The notes beneath the pieces were generated by a model. That model was not told the origin of the DNA. It saw only the letters and a list, made by a program, of their open reading frames with translations, and ran no database searches. A program made the position numbers and the translations under genes. A stretch of 64,000 nt of DNA, counting the filler, from Dirinaria sp. TL-2023a (lineage: Eukaryota): the NCBI GenBank assembly GCA_051941275.1. It is 3 parts of 3 records of this genome, joined end to end, with 100 filler letters (N's around TTAATTAATTAA, not from the genome) between each part and the next. Parts side by side here need not be neighbours in the genome. Positions count along the whole stretch, not along the records: positions 1 to 22,289 come from JAVEBF010000227.1; positions 22,390 to 44,661 come from JAVEBF010000228.1; 1 more part is not named here. One strand, written 5' to 3'. This document shows, one piece after another, positions 11,862-24,375 of the stretch; positions within the stretch are counted from its first letter, which is position 1, and every line of letters begins with the position of its first letter.

Positions 11862-14289
11862 GAAGAACAGTGACTGTCGAGTGGAGAGGGATTGGCTTCG
11901 ACATTGAATGACGAGGTGAAGGATGCATTCCTACACTTTCCCCAATGAGCTGCGACTTAAAAATCCTAGTGGTTGAATCTAGAAGTTCAACCAGCATGAC
12001 CTAGTGAAGCAGGGTACCTCATATTTCCATGTCCTGGACCCGAACATGGTCAAATAACAATAGTAACCTAGATACCGGTGGAGAAATTGAACTCAATCGT
12101 ACATTCGTTCTGCTTCATTAGCAATGAATCCGCTTCAACGCTTGGACAGCACAACCCTGCCGATCCATTCCCTTAAACACCTATTACTTATGATCTACCA
12201 ACTCTGTATCGAAATTAAGCTGATACACTGCTTCCTTCTTCTCTTGCAATTAGCAGAGATCTCCTGTTCGATATGCCTTACGCAATACATGACCCTTTTG
12301 CAGGCAATAGATGCTGAGAGTGAGCGTTGAAAATGAATGAATAAAGATCTTCATCTGTGCTACGAATCATGGAATCTTAAGACGATTAGCGTAGACATCT
12401 CCGTAGTCTGTACATGATCTGCCTCCTGGCAATTATTAACCTAGTCGGCTAGCTGTCAATTTAGTTTATCCACTATATTATTCATTTTTTTTTTTTTTTA
12501 ATTTTGTTCCCTTTCTTGTTGTTGCGGGACGAGGGGATGTAATGACATGCTCGCAGCGCAAAATCCCAAATTGTCAACACAATGCTTACGATTATAACTA
12601 GATACGAGCTTTCCATCCACTTGCCCCATTTTGCTTGGACCTTTTCACCTGAATAGAAATCTCATTTCTTCTCTACCACACACATACGATGGACTTCATC
12701 ACGTATCTCACATGAAATAATTGGAAACAAGCAATTCTGGCATTCTAGTCCTCTATATCCGCGGAGTCCATACTAAAGAATGGCGCTCATCAACGAGTGC
12801 AGTTCTAATATCGGTCAAGCTATACGTCGTCATCGAATTCCTAACTGAGGGTAAAATATAGGATCGAAGTTCGACTGTGTTGTGGAAGAAGCACGCAAAC
12901 CACCATCTAAGCTGGAGTTAGAGATGGAAGATCTTTTGAATAGTTGGAATGGGGACTGAAGTCATGATTCTTTCCTCCGTTTTTTTTTTTTTTTTTTTAT
13001 TTTTTGAATAGTACAACTCCGATGAGATAAAATCATTCCGCTTGAGGTGGCGGTGGTTAGGATCCTCCTGAGCAGTAACCTAGTATTGATTCATCTGCTG
13101 CCAAAGTCTATGATTACCCCAGGAGGGACGAATATCCAAACCGCTTTTTAGTAGTGGACCACAGCTGAAATACTGTAGACAGTATACGCTTGCTGGTTGA
13201 ACGGAGCCAATTTAAAAGGCTTCACGTTCGAAACCCAGGATGCGGGATGTCATACAGTGCAATTTTCATCGAATAGCAGAATTCGGATCTATGATGACCT
13301 TCAAAGATGGAAGCCATTGCATGTAGAGGCTCAGCTGAGGGGCTTCGCGGTTTATTTTGTCTCCCCTGAATTTAATCTCTTCTAGATTTTGAATATGAAT
13401 TCTGGATTGAGAAGAATTGTTCGTAATGTATTTTATCATTAAATAGAGAAGAGTCGTCGAGCTCGGCAGGCAGCGACAATCACCGTGAAGTCCTGCCGGC
13501 TGAGCACACACAAGTACGTGGTATAGATCATGCAGTAACTACTTAGATTAGAAGTGGTTAGAATGTTAGAAGGTCCATGTTCTGCTGCCCGAAAAAATGC
13601 AAAGCCGCACTTGCCTACCAGAGTAATTTATGTATTATCATAGCAAAAGGAGAAGGAAGGCGCTTGGAATCACTCGTACAATTTCCCAAAACGAAATGGA
13701 GTCACCGTTCAACTACATTTAGGAAGCCATGACCCACCTCATTGCCTTAGTCGACACCAATCACCTTTCTCTCTTTTCGATTCTTCTCCCTTCGTAAAAA
13801 TTTCTTGCTGGGGCTTTTTCTGCCAGACCAACGAAATCGCTTCGTTATCTGACAGCACACACAATATGCGCCTTTTCGCCGTGGTTGACATATGCTGCTT
13901 TGATTCCATTGATGCTCTTCATCTTTCTATCCGTCTATTTCAGCCTTCGCGAGAGTGGTTTTCTGCCGGGCGAATTGGTGTGACCACGACAGATCCAGTT
14001 GCCTCGAAGCTCATCCTAGGTAAGAGATCTTCTGCTCTCTACTGTAACTCAAATTTGCTTTCTCCATTCCATTCCGGTACGCAGCGACACCGGGCTTTTC
14101 GTTGTGTCATGATATTCTTGATAGAGGAGTGGAGTGTTCAAGAGCTCGATGCTGCCTTAGAATCTCTGTAGTAATTCCTGCTACCAAAGCTCGCTCGGGA
14201 AAGCTCTCAGTGGATCAATTTGCAGCATATCCAGCAGCATGATGGTTGAGTCACAGAGCTGACTGCCTTTGCAAACTATTGCTGACTTG

Positions 14290-15243
14290 ATTCAGATGAT
14301 CCTGGTCCTGCTACTGCGTTAGAGCTTTGGCCTCGCTACGCAAAGCTTGCCTAACCTACCCTTCTCCACCTCCTGATTGGCAGGCAAAGTCTCACCAAAA
14401 GAACGAAGCGTTTTCCCAGGGGCAGATGGCGGTTTGTTGGGAGGAGATTCAGACTCGGCTCTCATCAGATGAGTGTAAGCGACTCCGATATTGCAAGGCA
14501 CAAGGTATGTCATCATTATCTCCCTGAACAAGTCTAACCCTCAGGTCTGACACTTGCATAGACTATGTTATCGTAAGACTCAGACTCCGCTTACCGCCGT
14601 AGCGGTTCTTGCTGGATAGAGCACGGTGAACGGATCTCAACATGCTGTGGGTCATCATTGTCTCCTGCAAGCGTTGAAACGAGCCATTTATGCTCTCTCC
14701 GGCAGATTAAGGTAGGCACCTGCGCACCACGGCGTTGCGGATAGTCGGACTGATACTTTCCCCACAGGCCTAGGCGAGCGTCATATGGAGTTTCCTCAGT
14801 GATCTAAGCAGAAAAGGCCAGTATTCGGTCCCCTCGTTCGTGATACTAATGATAACACACCGCCTTCTGAGCTATCGCAATGACGAAAGCCTTACCGCGT
14901 TTGAAGGTCCGGACAAAAGCACCTTGGTACTGGGCTCTAATTTGAGGGACAGATTCCTGTTGCCATCTCAGATCCCACAAAAGACTCAGAATTGCAATAC
15001 AGTCGCGACCAGCATTGCATAGCAAATCCACCGCATGCTTAGGCCAAAAATACTGTACGTCATCATCATCTCTCCTGTAGAAAACTTGACAGGCCGGACT
15101 GACACTCCTTGTCCACAGGATCAAAGGAGAAAAGGCAAGTATTCGGTCCCCCCGTTCGTGATACTAATGATAACGCTCTGCTTCTAAGCTATCGCAATGA
15201 CGAAAGCTTTACCGCGTTTGAAGGTCCATATAAAGCATCTTGG
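14290..15243 (+). pseudogene. Possible relic of a multi-intron gene
   Basis: Intron-like units (GTATGT...CTAAC...CAG at about 14505-14544; GTAGGC...CTGAT...CAG at about 14712-14767) flank short frames containing stops; no family recognised. Confidence 0.3.
14811..15243. repeat. Imperfect direct repeat of about 116 bp (14811-14927 and 15129-15243)
   Basis: Both copies read GAAAAGGC.AGTATTCGGTCCCC.CGTTCGTGATACTAATGATAAC...GCTATCGCAATGACGAAAGC.TTACCGCGTTTGAAGGTCC; about 13 differences by manual alignment. Confidence 0.92.
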
Positions 15244-17542
15244 GCCAGTGAAGAAGGTATTTCATTAGATTGATTTGAGTTCTGCGGGCAGATGCCAAGC
15301 ACTCATGTAAGAATTTTTTTCTCGTCGCCCAACAGTTCCGGCTGACTCCGGGTGTGGCGTACGGCGTTGTGTTAAACTGTAGCACCTCTCTCGTCTGACG
15401 AGGATATATGGAATTCTTAGAACATAACCCTCTTGTCCTCGCTCTGTGGTCTCAAAAAAAAAAGTTCTGTGAAGACCAATTGTGAGAGGCCCAGTCACGC
15501 AAACCTTATCCCTTCATAGTCCAAAGCCGGCCGAGTACTTTCCAAAGCCTGCACGGAGTATATGGCAGTCGCGCCACAGTATTCTTGGAGCCCAGGAGCT
15601 TGTATTAGAGATCTTAACGTCATGAAGTATGTGCAAACGATCCTTGAACTTACTACCCACGCTATGCACTGGCGCCTGAAGGGCTACCAGGAAGCTTCGG
15701 CATAGGAGTAGAGACATTTGAGTCATTCAACTGCGAAGACTAACGAGGTAAACAGCATGTAGGTAATCTGATCCCCAGCTACATTCATTAGTGATTTCAT
15801 TCGTTGGTAGCCTCTAGCTGTTCGGAGTCTGCAGAATTCGGCTGGATAGAGGAAGTCTTTTTGCTTAGGCATTCAAGCCTAGGCCTGCCGTATGTAGTTA
15901 GTCCGTCTCCGACGAGACCCAAACTACATGAAGTTACTCTCTTAAGAACGCTAGTCTCAAAGAATCGAAGGCACTTCATGGCAGCTGGTGTTCAAGCTGC
16001 CATAGGTCAATTTTCGTTGGGAGCATGTCATAAGTCAGACATCTCCAACAATATCTCATTTTCTTCCATTAAAGCTGTGGATACGCCATCAGCAGATTAT
16101 TTTCAACGATCCTTTTCTGGAATGCTGCCAAGCGGTGCTGCATAGGGAAATCGTTATTGCAATAATAAAAGATCTTGGAGTTTGCAACATTTGCAACCTT
16201 TGCAAGCTTGATTCAGCTTCGTGCTTTCGGGGCACATGGCCAGTTTTCTTCATTCAACATCGTCTAATGAAGGCTGTGCATCAATCTGATCGTGAGAGAC
16301 CGTCCACGCAAGTTGCCAAGAGGCGTTTTCTGTCGTCTTGCCTTCGAGATTGCTCAGACTTGTCCCATCTTTGATCGTATTAAGGCGATTGGATTCATCC
16401 ATACAATGATGGCAAAGGCGAGCTGCAAGCATGCTGCGCTGCGAATGGTACGCTTTAGGTCATGGACTTTGCTTTGGACAACTCCTTGGAATAGGAGTTC
16501 CAACTTGGAGGCTGTTGGTGCCCTAAATGAGCCCTAAAACTTGAGTCCCTGATTTTGTGCTAGTCGCTTGGCACATTGTCATAGGTCCATTCGCATTTGA
16601 TATCGCCCAACTCTTGCTTGCTCGGCCGACTATCATCTCTGCTCTGTAGCAGCTGATCGCACATACACATGACCGTGCGTCTCTCATAAAATGCTAGAAG
16701 GAGGCTTTCTTTACTGCTTTGGCGGTGATCCATAGCGACAGGTATGTGACATGCGGCAAAATGCTTGTCCATCCTGTATCGGGCTGAGGTTGTATCCAGG
16801 CAAGGCACATTTGCTCCTCGTCCGTGTCGCTGACAGGAGAATAGAAACAATTCTTTTTTTGGCCCCATAGCTCCAGTCGTAAGATCATCTCAATTTACGC
16901 CTAACTCAGCTTCTTGATTACTTGTTTCTTGATCCATGTCTCATAGAGCCATTCCATTTTTGTTGGTGATCTCCTTTCATTCTGTTGGTAGGATCTACAC
17001 TCCCGCGATGTTCTGTGTTCCCACACAAAGCTGCAAAGTCGTAGCATTACATGATAATACATGTTGAATAAGCCTATCCGAGCAGCTAAAAGCTGCAATA
17101 GATCCTGCTTGTACGACGTATTATGTATTAGTAGCCGCGTGAACGATTGACTGTGACGGAAAAGACTGCATACTGTTGGATCTATGCCGAAATAGACCTC
17201 TACAAATGGCATTTTATGGAGATGAGAACCTCAAGAGGTGCGCACTCGTTCAAGGTTACACCAGGCTGGCACTCGAGGAAAAGCAATTAGAACGTCTGCG
17301 ATGCTCGGAAAACCCTTACTTGACGTACTGTTTCCCGCTCTCTGAGCGTCGTTGTGGATCCAAATCCTACTATCGCGTGCTGACGAGGAAATCAGGAGAT
17401 TCTCCGAATGGTCCGAAAAAGAAAGATACCATGGAACGCCTATAATCTACAGGTACAATATTTAGCGATTGGAAACTGATTCGGCGGCTCGTAAATGATT
17501 TCATACATGGCCAAGGTCAGCTAGATCCGCAGCCTAACCATT

Positions 17543-17878
17543 TGAAGCGAGATCTTCCCATGATCTCGGAGCTGGAGTGTGATATCTGGCCGGAGAATCG
17601 CTTACTCAGATAAATGCTCTCACTCTTGGCGAAGAAGTGTTACAGAATCGCTGAAGCAAGATCTTCCAACATGATCACGGAGCTGAAGTCCGATAATCGA
17701 CAGGAGGAGCCGCTTACTCAGATGAGTGCTCTTGGCACTTGGCGAAGAAGTATTACAGAATTGTTGAACCGAGGTCTTTCCAACTTGATCACGGAGGCGA
17801 CGTCTGACATTTGGCTGAAGTAGCCTCGTGCTTGGATGAATGCTCGAGGTTCTTGGCGAAATGGCCCCATAGAATCTG
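17543..17878. repeat. Degenerate tandem repeat, 3 units of about 109-114 bp
   Basis: Anchor CTTGGCGAA at 17625, 17738, 17852; TGATC.CGGAG and TGAA.C.AG.TCTT recur with the same period. Confidence 0.85.
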
Positions 17879-18165
17879 TAGAAACGTAGTCTGTCCCTCC
17901 AATAGACATACCATATGGATTCTCCTTGTTGATCAGGGTAGTATCGTTTCGTCTTGACTACTTCTGTACCGAGTACGAGGCCTGGGCTGAGCCTGTATCA
18001 TCTCCTGTTCGCCTTGTTCTTGGCCAGGAAGCGAAACGTAATGGGTTTGTATATACCTGGATAGGACGGCGATGCTGGCTACCCAAGACGGAGAAGAGTC
18101 CAAGATGAGAACGCAGGGTCAGCTTTCTGTTTCGCTGCATTTGGCGAACTTGGTTTCTAGCGACA

Positions 18166-18171
18166 TATAAA
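18166..18171 (+). promoter_or_regulatory. Putative TATA box of the secreted-protein gene
   Basis: TATAAA about 175 nt upstream of ATG 18342, followed by a CT-rich leader. Confidence 0.5.
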
Positions 18172-18341
18172 GAGTCCTCTCTGCTCCCTTTGAGATTCTT
18201 GCCTCATTCAAGACACAGTCGTTCACAGCTTTTCCCAAAGTCAGTACTCTTTTAAACGTTCAGCTAAACTCTGTCATTACCGAGGACTCTCTCGATCAGC
18301 TTCCTTTACCTCTTCAAACTCTTTCAAAGCCTACCCGCAAA

Positions 18342-19052
18342 ATGCAGCTCAAGTTCCAAACTTCATTGCTCCTCCTCCTCACTACTAGCGGTCCATTGGC
18401 GCTTGGCCACCCCGTGGAAGGTCGTGATGCCGACTCGATAACTATCCATCATGAACCTGACGGTACTGCGGTCTTCCCCAACTCCACCGTCTCCGCCGCC
18501 TCCGCCGCAGACAACAAGGCTGCCCCGTCTAAGAAGTGCATCAGCTTCACTTACGACAACCCCCAATGGCACTACGCCAATGTCGGTGTATGGGGCACTG
18601 CCAGCGGCACTTTCGCCTCCACCGGCGGCAAGATCTGCGTACCTCACAACCAGGTCGGTGGTGCGATGTTCATTGGCACCGAAGCCAATCCGAACGCCGG
18701 TAACACGAAGCTGGAGATGCAGTTTCCCACCTCGGGCACTCTGGCTTACGGTGATATCTCTCTCGTGGACGGCTACTCCCTGTCTGTCAAGTGTACCGCC
18801 GGATCCAAGACAATCGGCGGGTCGACGAATCTCTGGAAAACGGGCAAACCGTGTTACGATACCAGCCTCAAGAGCCGCGGCATTTGCAAGAACGACAGGG
18901 GTTACGCCCCGGCGCAGAAAGATGTCACGAATTTCTTCCAGGAAGGAGTCAAGAACGGAAACCACTTCTGCATCTGGCAGAACTGCGCGCAACAGCCTGG
19001 ATGGCCGGTTGGAGCGGATGTCAAATGCCATGTTAGCGGGAGCAAGCCCTAG
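18342..19052 (+). CDS. Secreted cysteine-rich protein, probably small thaumatin/osmotin-like fold
   Basis: Signal peptide MQLKFQTSLLLLLTTSGPLALG, 8 Cys, TKLE...YGDISLVDGYSLSV resembling the thaumatin DxSxVDG motif; intronless with strong C/G-ending codon bias. The gene is secure, the family less so. Confidence 0.75.
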   Translation: MQLKFQTSLLLLLTTSGPLALGHPVEGRDADSITIHHEPDGTAVFPNSTVSAASAADNKAAPSKKCISFTYDNPQWHYANVGVWGTASGTFASTGGKICVPHNQVGGAMFIGTEANPNAGNTKLEMQFPTSGTLAYGDISLVDGYSLSVKCTAGSKTIGGSTNLWKTGKPCYDTSLKSRGICKNDRGYAPAQKDVTNFFQEGVKNGNHFCIWQNCAQQPGWPVGADVKCHVSGSKP

Positions 19053-20672
19053 AGAGAGGGAGAGAGATAGTGTACGAGTTGGAACAGTGGGATGTCTTGC
19101 CTGATGTATCCGGGAAATGGTGGATATTTTTGGTCTTTTCAGATTTTCGCATCTTCAATGCCCTCCCCTTTGTTTTGTGTTTGCCTTTTGCTTCTGTTTG
19201 GGAATATAGTATATCTTGCATGTTCGATCACGCTCGCTTGGTTGATTCTAAGGACGCTCGTTACCTCCATTGTTAGCAATAGCTCATGTTAAAAAATCCT
19301 GAATTTACTAGCCTTGAAATTCGATAAAATTCAATCTTCGCGATATCTTCCCCTTTCTTTCACCACGGACCAACAAATTCCTGTGTTCTACCGAAAAAAT
19401 CTGTTCCCCTATTTTCTTGGGTTTCACGGAGTGTGATGGATTTCTTTGACTGGCGCACCATCAACGTGCAAGGTTTATTAGTGTATATAAACATTGCGAT
19501 TTCCGTACCGAGGTTATGAACAGCTCTCTCCAGGACCGATTGTTCCTCCATTCTTTGAAAAGAGTGGCACATGAATAGTTCTAACCAGCTGGCTGTTTCG
19601 AAGGATAGCGTTTTCCACTTTCGGTTTTTTTTCCCCCCTGACAAGCATTATCAAGTAAAAGTAGCGTTTCTTGCGAGCGTACAAATTTCCAGAATTTTCT
19701 CGAAGTCCGACGCGTGCACACGCTTAATGAAGAGATCTATCGAAAAAAGGAAAAAAAAAACAATGACGCGGCTGAAAAAAGCCAGCGCTTCATCAGTGTG
19801 AACGGCGTTTATTTTCGTCATCAGACTCACAATGCTTCGTTCGCAAGGTCAATCTTCCTCAAGATTACAACTTTTGCTTTGAGAATGAGTTATAGGTTGA
19901 TAGCAACATTCTTCATTGTCAGCCCCTTATTTACCCTACCCCTACTCAATAGTAGGCCGTGGATCGGCATAGCAAGAGTAGCATGCGAGGCACGCAGTGT
20001 GCTTTGTGTCTGGCGACACTGCTAAGATGTATTAGAACGAGAAATATTAAATTTATCGAAGAGAGGAGATGATACCATGATGTTGAGTAATTGGATTGTA
20101 GGTATTTGATAGTTCGGTATTGGGTGTCCAAATACTCTAGATAGATGGTCTAGAGTGTGTTTGGACGTATTGTCGTTCGAGGCTTAAGGTATGGATTCTC
20201 AATTTGTTGTGCTCGGTCTAGCTCGGTGGTCGAATGGTAGTGGGTATGGCCTCATACACGACGAGAGGATTGAACAATGACCTGAGCATTGATTCTCGCT
20301 AGCCAGTCCTGAGATGGATCCGGTTGACTCCCTGCACTGGATCAGCAAACCTGGACAAAGGACTCAATGGCGCATACCCGACAGAATCAATACCATATCA
20401 CACGAACAATAAAGCCAGATCCACATTGTCGAGACAAAGACATACCAAAGCAAAGTGTAAACAAAGCTATTGTCCATCCCTTTTTCAAAGAACCTAACTT
20501 GATCAACGAGACATCACACAATGGCCATCTCTATAAATCCAGTCATCCTCTTCACTTTCTCGCTCGCTATCCCTAGGTTAAGGATCCTCTCTGCACAGAT
20601 CAAATCAGCTCTTCAGAATCCCACACGAAAAAGCAACCCTTGAATCTCGTAGATCGAGAAGAAAAAAAAGAA

Positions 20673-21559
20673 ATGTGTAAGAACTGCAGGAACGGCAGCA
20701 GCGATGCCCTCCCCTTCACGGAGTAAGTCATATCGAAGCTTCCATTTCTCTTTCTAGTAATGCTGACTCCATCTTCTACAGTCTTCGACACGATGAATTT
20801 CGTCCTCGACAAGCAGACGCCGCGCGTCTTTTGCACAAAGTCGCTTCAATCGTAACACCGATCATGATGCAGCGGGGCTGGTTCGTGCCGGTCGTCGCGG
20901 AACTCAGTCCCTACGAGCGTAACGTGATGGGGTGGAACGTCAACCGCGGCCAAAAGATCGCCATCTGCCTGCGCTGGCAAAACGATCAGAGTGAATTTTT
21001 CCCGCTGGAGATGATCGTGGACATCATGCTGCACGAAATGACGCATATCGTGTGCGGCCCGCACGACGAACGGTTTTTTAAGTTGTACTATGAGCTGCAT
21101 GAGGAATTCGATCGGCTGAATTCGCATCGCCCATTCACGAGGCCGAAATTGGCGCTGGAGTTATTCGCGGCGCGGCAGAATCTGAAGCATTTCGATGCGG
21201 AGGATAGTTGTAAGACTATCAGTGAGGGTGAGAGAGGCGGATGGGAGGAGCATCATGTGTCGCCTACGACATCACGGAGGCGCGAACAGCTTCCTTCTTC
21301 TCAATCATCTCGCCGGAGCACGCATTATCAACCGTCATCTCAGTACGAGCCCTCTTCTCGCCGTAGCTCGCATCACCAGCTGCCCACTCAGTCATCCCAC
21401 CGCAGCTCTCATCATCATCAGCCATCATCTCCTCAACATGAACCCTCCTCGCACCGTGGATCTTCACGTCAAGTATCATCCTCTCAGAGAGGGTCCACTG
21501 TCCGCGAGAAGCGGTATCTGGGTGGGTTACTCAGGGTTCAGACGATTGATGAAGAGTAA
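20673..21559 (+). CDS. WLM-domain zinc metalloprotease (Wss1-like) with Ser/His/Arg-rich repeat tail; 2 exons
   Basis: ATG 20673, intron 20723-20781 (GTAAGT...GCTGAC...CAG). LHKVASIVTPIM, GWNVNRGQKIAICLR and MLHEMTHIVCGPHDERF (HExxH plus third His). Confidence 0.88.
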
Positions 21560-22289
21560 GCGACTCTTTCGGGAATTGGGTAAATTCAGAACTTTTTTCT
21601 TGCTTGCGAGGGAGGAATGATTTCTAGGCTGCTAAGTCAGGGTAATAGTAAGTAGTGGAGAGTAATCGATCGAATCCTTTAGGAAATGGGTGATTCATAT
21701 TTGTGCACTTTGTTCTCTGATACAAATTCGTGAACCCCGCGATGCTAGAAAATTGTGGTATGAAAATACTTGCCTCCCGACCAAACTAGTGATCATCGCA
21801 TTGTTCTATTTCGTGACAATCAGCGGCGATCGGTGCAATAATTTGAACCTCACAGACATAAGAAGCCTCAAAAGGCTGCATTGAAGTAGAAACAGCTATG
21901 AAGTTCATCATCACTGCGCGGCAAGTCGAAAAGACCACAATAGTATCAAGGATAGAGTGAAAAAGGAATCAAAAACACGATCGAGAAAAACGTTGTATGA
22001 CTCCCGTACCCTTTGCATTAAATATGATAGTTTTCTCAAGAAGACTCTTGCAGCTTTGGTCATGTATATTGATCGGACCAGGCGATTGTAATTGCCGTGA
22101 TCAGCTGCTCGAACTACTGTGGATGAAGCATCTCTGCTCGATGATGAAGCTTGTTGTCGCAGCTGTTAACCGTGCGAAGTCACTGATGCAACTTGCAAGA
22201 GTCCGATTCCTGGTTTGTCGCAATCTATCTATTTCGAAAAAAAGAGATTCTTCTTTTCTTCAGCAGGCAAGGATGTCGATGTTTATCGG

Positions 22290-22389
22290 NNNNNNNNNNN
22301 NNNNNNNNNNNNNNNNNNNNNNNNNNNNNNNNNTTAATTAATTAANNNNNNNNNNNNNNNNNNNNNNNNNNNNNNNNNNNNNNNNNNNN
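22290..22389. other. Artificial assembly spacer / contig join
   Basis: 44 N + TTAATTAATTAA (stops in all six frames) + 44 N. Confidence 0.97.
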
Positions 22390-24375
22390 AGGAGGGAAGG
22401 AGGGATGGCTGATGGATGATGGACACACAGTGATTCGCGCCTCGTCCGTGCAGCTTTCTGCGGCCTCTGATTCGGCCACACTCTGCCCCAGCCTAATGCC
22501 GTCAGTATCACTCGTCTCACTCCCGAACCCCCCGTAACACTAACACCTGACTTCCACTGGCTCTTACTCGTCCAATAGGCTGTCGGACCGAGGCACGAAG
22601 GGGAAAAGTAGGAAGGAACACTGTGTGATAGTTTGGTAGATTCGGGTGCACACGAGCGTGACGGTACTGTGGTTCTTGAGCGATCCGGAGCGAGGCCGTA
22701 CCTAGTGCCGTAACTCTGAGGCAGGTCCGAGAATGGAAAGGTGCAAAGGGGGGGAGCGCTAGAAAAAGAACGTGGTTGTGAAGCGTGACGAGTCAGAAAG
22801 GCTGCCGTATCTCAATCAGCTCGGAGCTTTCCGACGATCAAGATGGATTCGACAGCTGGCGAGAAAGTGGGTGACGGCGGTTTATAAGCTCGAAGAAGAC
22901 ACCGCATACCCAACCGCCAAAACTATCCCTGGACTTTCTCGCGCGGCTTGAGGCTTGAATCAAATCTCAAAAGATTGCTGGTACTCGACGACAAGATTGC
23001 CTCGCTGCCATTAGGGATACTTCGGATATGCTACGAGCTACCTATCCAGCGTCCGCTTTACCTACGACGACTGGCTTCTAAGTCTGTGCTGCCAGAGCGC
23101 GCGCTCCAAGAAGAGCGTCAACGGTCGAGCAGCCGTGACCAGGGCGGCTCTGTCATTCGGCGGCAGGCAATTCTTCAAGCAGAGCATCATGAATGGCTGC
23201 AGAAAGGCTACGCGTGAAATCTGTAACTGAACCGAGATTTGGGCTTCATTTCGTGGTAGTAATTAATAGTTCTAATTTGTGAGAACCCAACCGGCCTTTA
23301 CTGAAAGAATGGCATCGGTCTATTGTTGCGAGCGACCTGAATGACATTCTTCCCCAGCGGTTATCACCGCTGCATTATCGTGAGCTGGGTTCTTCGTCAA
23401 TGCTTCCCGTCGCACCGTAGACTCCATTCAATGTGTAATTGGATGTAACACCCTCGGCTGAAAAGCCTATATATGATTCACCCTAACTGAAGAAGTAATG
23501 CAACTGTCGAAAACGACGCGCAAATTGCGCGGAGAGCCCCAGCCACTGACGGACAAGAGCCTGAAACAGAATGCCATCGCGACTGGGCAATCGCTAAGTG
23601 AATACCGTGGAGTGATCGTATCGCCTTTCCCACTGTCTCCAGCTTTGCTATAGGATTGGTCAGAAGGCGCGACATCAATCCTTCCAGGCAAGTGAATTAG
23701 GCTTTCATTGACCCGTGGTATGCTGCTGGTCTGCGTCCAGAAAGAGTTTGGTTTGGCTTCCAAATGCCGGTGCCTTGTATAACTCAGCACACGCCTGAAT
23801 GTGGAAAATAAATTAATTCAATACGCTGTCCTGACACCGGGACGAAGTAGCTGGCACGTTCCACTCGTAGCTGAGAATAGGCCGATTGATTTGACTATTT
23901 GAGGGAACGGATGTCTACCAATATGTATACTTATCCCGAGAGAAATCCTTTATGTGTAGCTTGAAGAACGGAGACTACAGCAGGAAGTTATACTCTAAGA
24001 GTGTCTCGCACAACATTGAAACACAGAATGATGTACCGAAATTGATCGGTGAAGACCGATGGATAAGTTATGCTCAAAGCATCGAGAAAAGGCGGGTAAA
24101 TCAGAATGGCGACTAGGCAGCGAAATGCGCGCCAACGCAGGGGTGTTGCCTGCTTGAATGCCCTTGCCATTGCGCATCAACAAGCTGCTTGGAGCTCAGC
24201 CTGCATCCAGAGGACATGCTCCAGGTCCGTGGCTCCTTGACAAGCTCAGTTTGAGAGTGGAATGGGGACTGCTTGGCCAAAGAGTGGTCCAAATCATCAA
24301 TACGGAGTACAGCCTACAAATCGACCTTCGGAGGGTTGGTTTGGGTCCAGAATGCATGAAGATATGTTATGCCAG

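Noticed and set aside
15500..17450. Transposon or ankyrin/NLR remnant
   Set aside because: Only short stop-riddled ORFs; no RT, integrase, DDE, P-loop or clear ankyrin motif could be read. Needs BLASTX.
17543..17878. CRISPR-like or LTR interpretation of the periodic repeat
   Set aside because: Whole units are similar with no unique spacers, the context is eukaryotic, and no cas or retroelement genes are nearby.
18363..19104. Long antisense (222 aa) and alternate-frame (217 aa) ORFs over the secreted protein
   Set aside because: Expected shadow ORFs from strong C/G third-position bias; no motifs.
22334..22345. TTAATTAATTAA palindrome as a biological site
   Set aside because: Centred in exactly 44+44 Ns and repeated identically at 44706; a synthetic six-frame stop linker.
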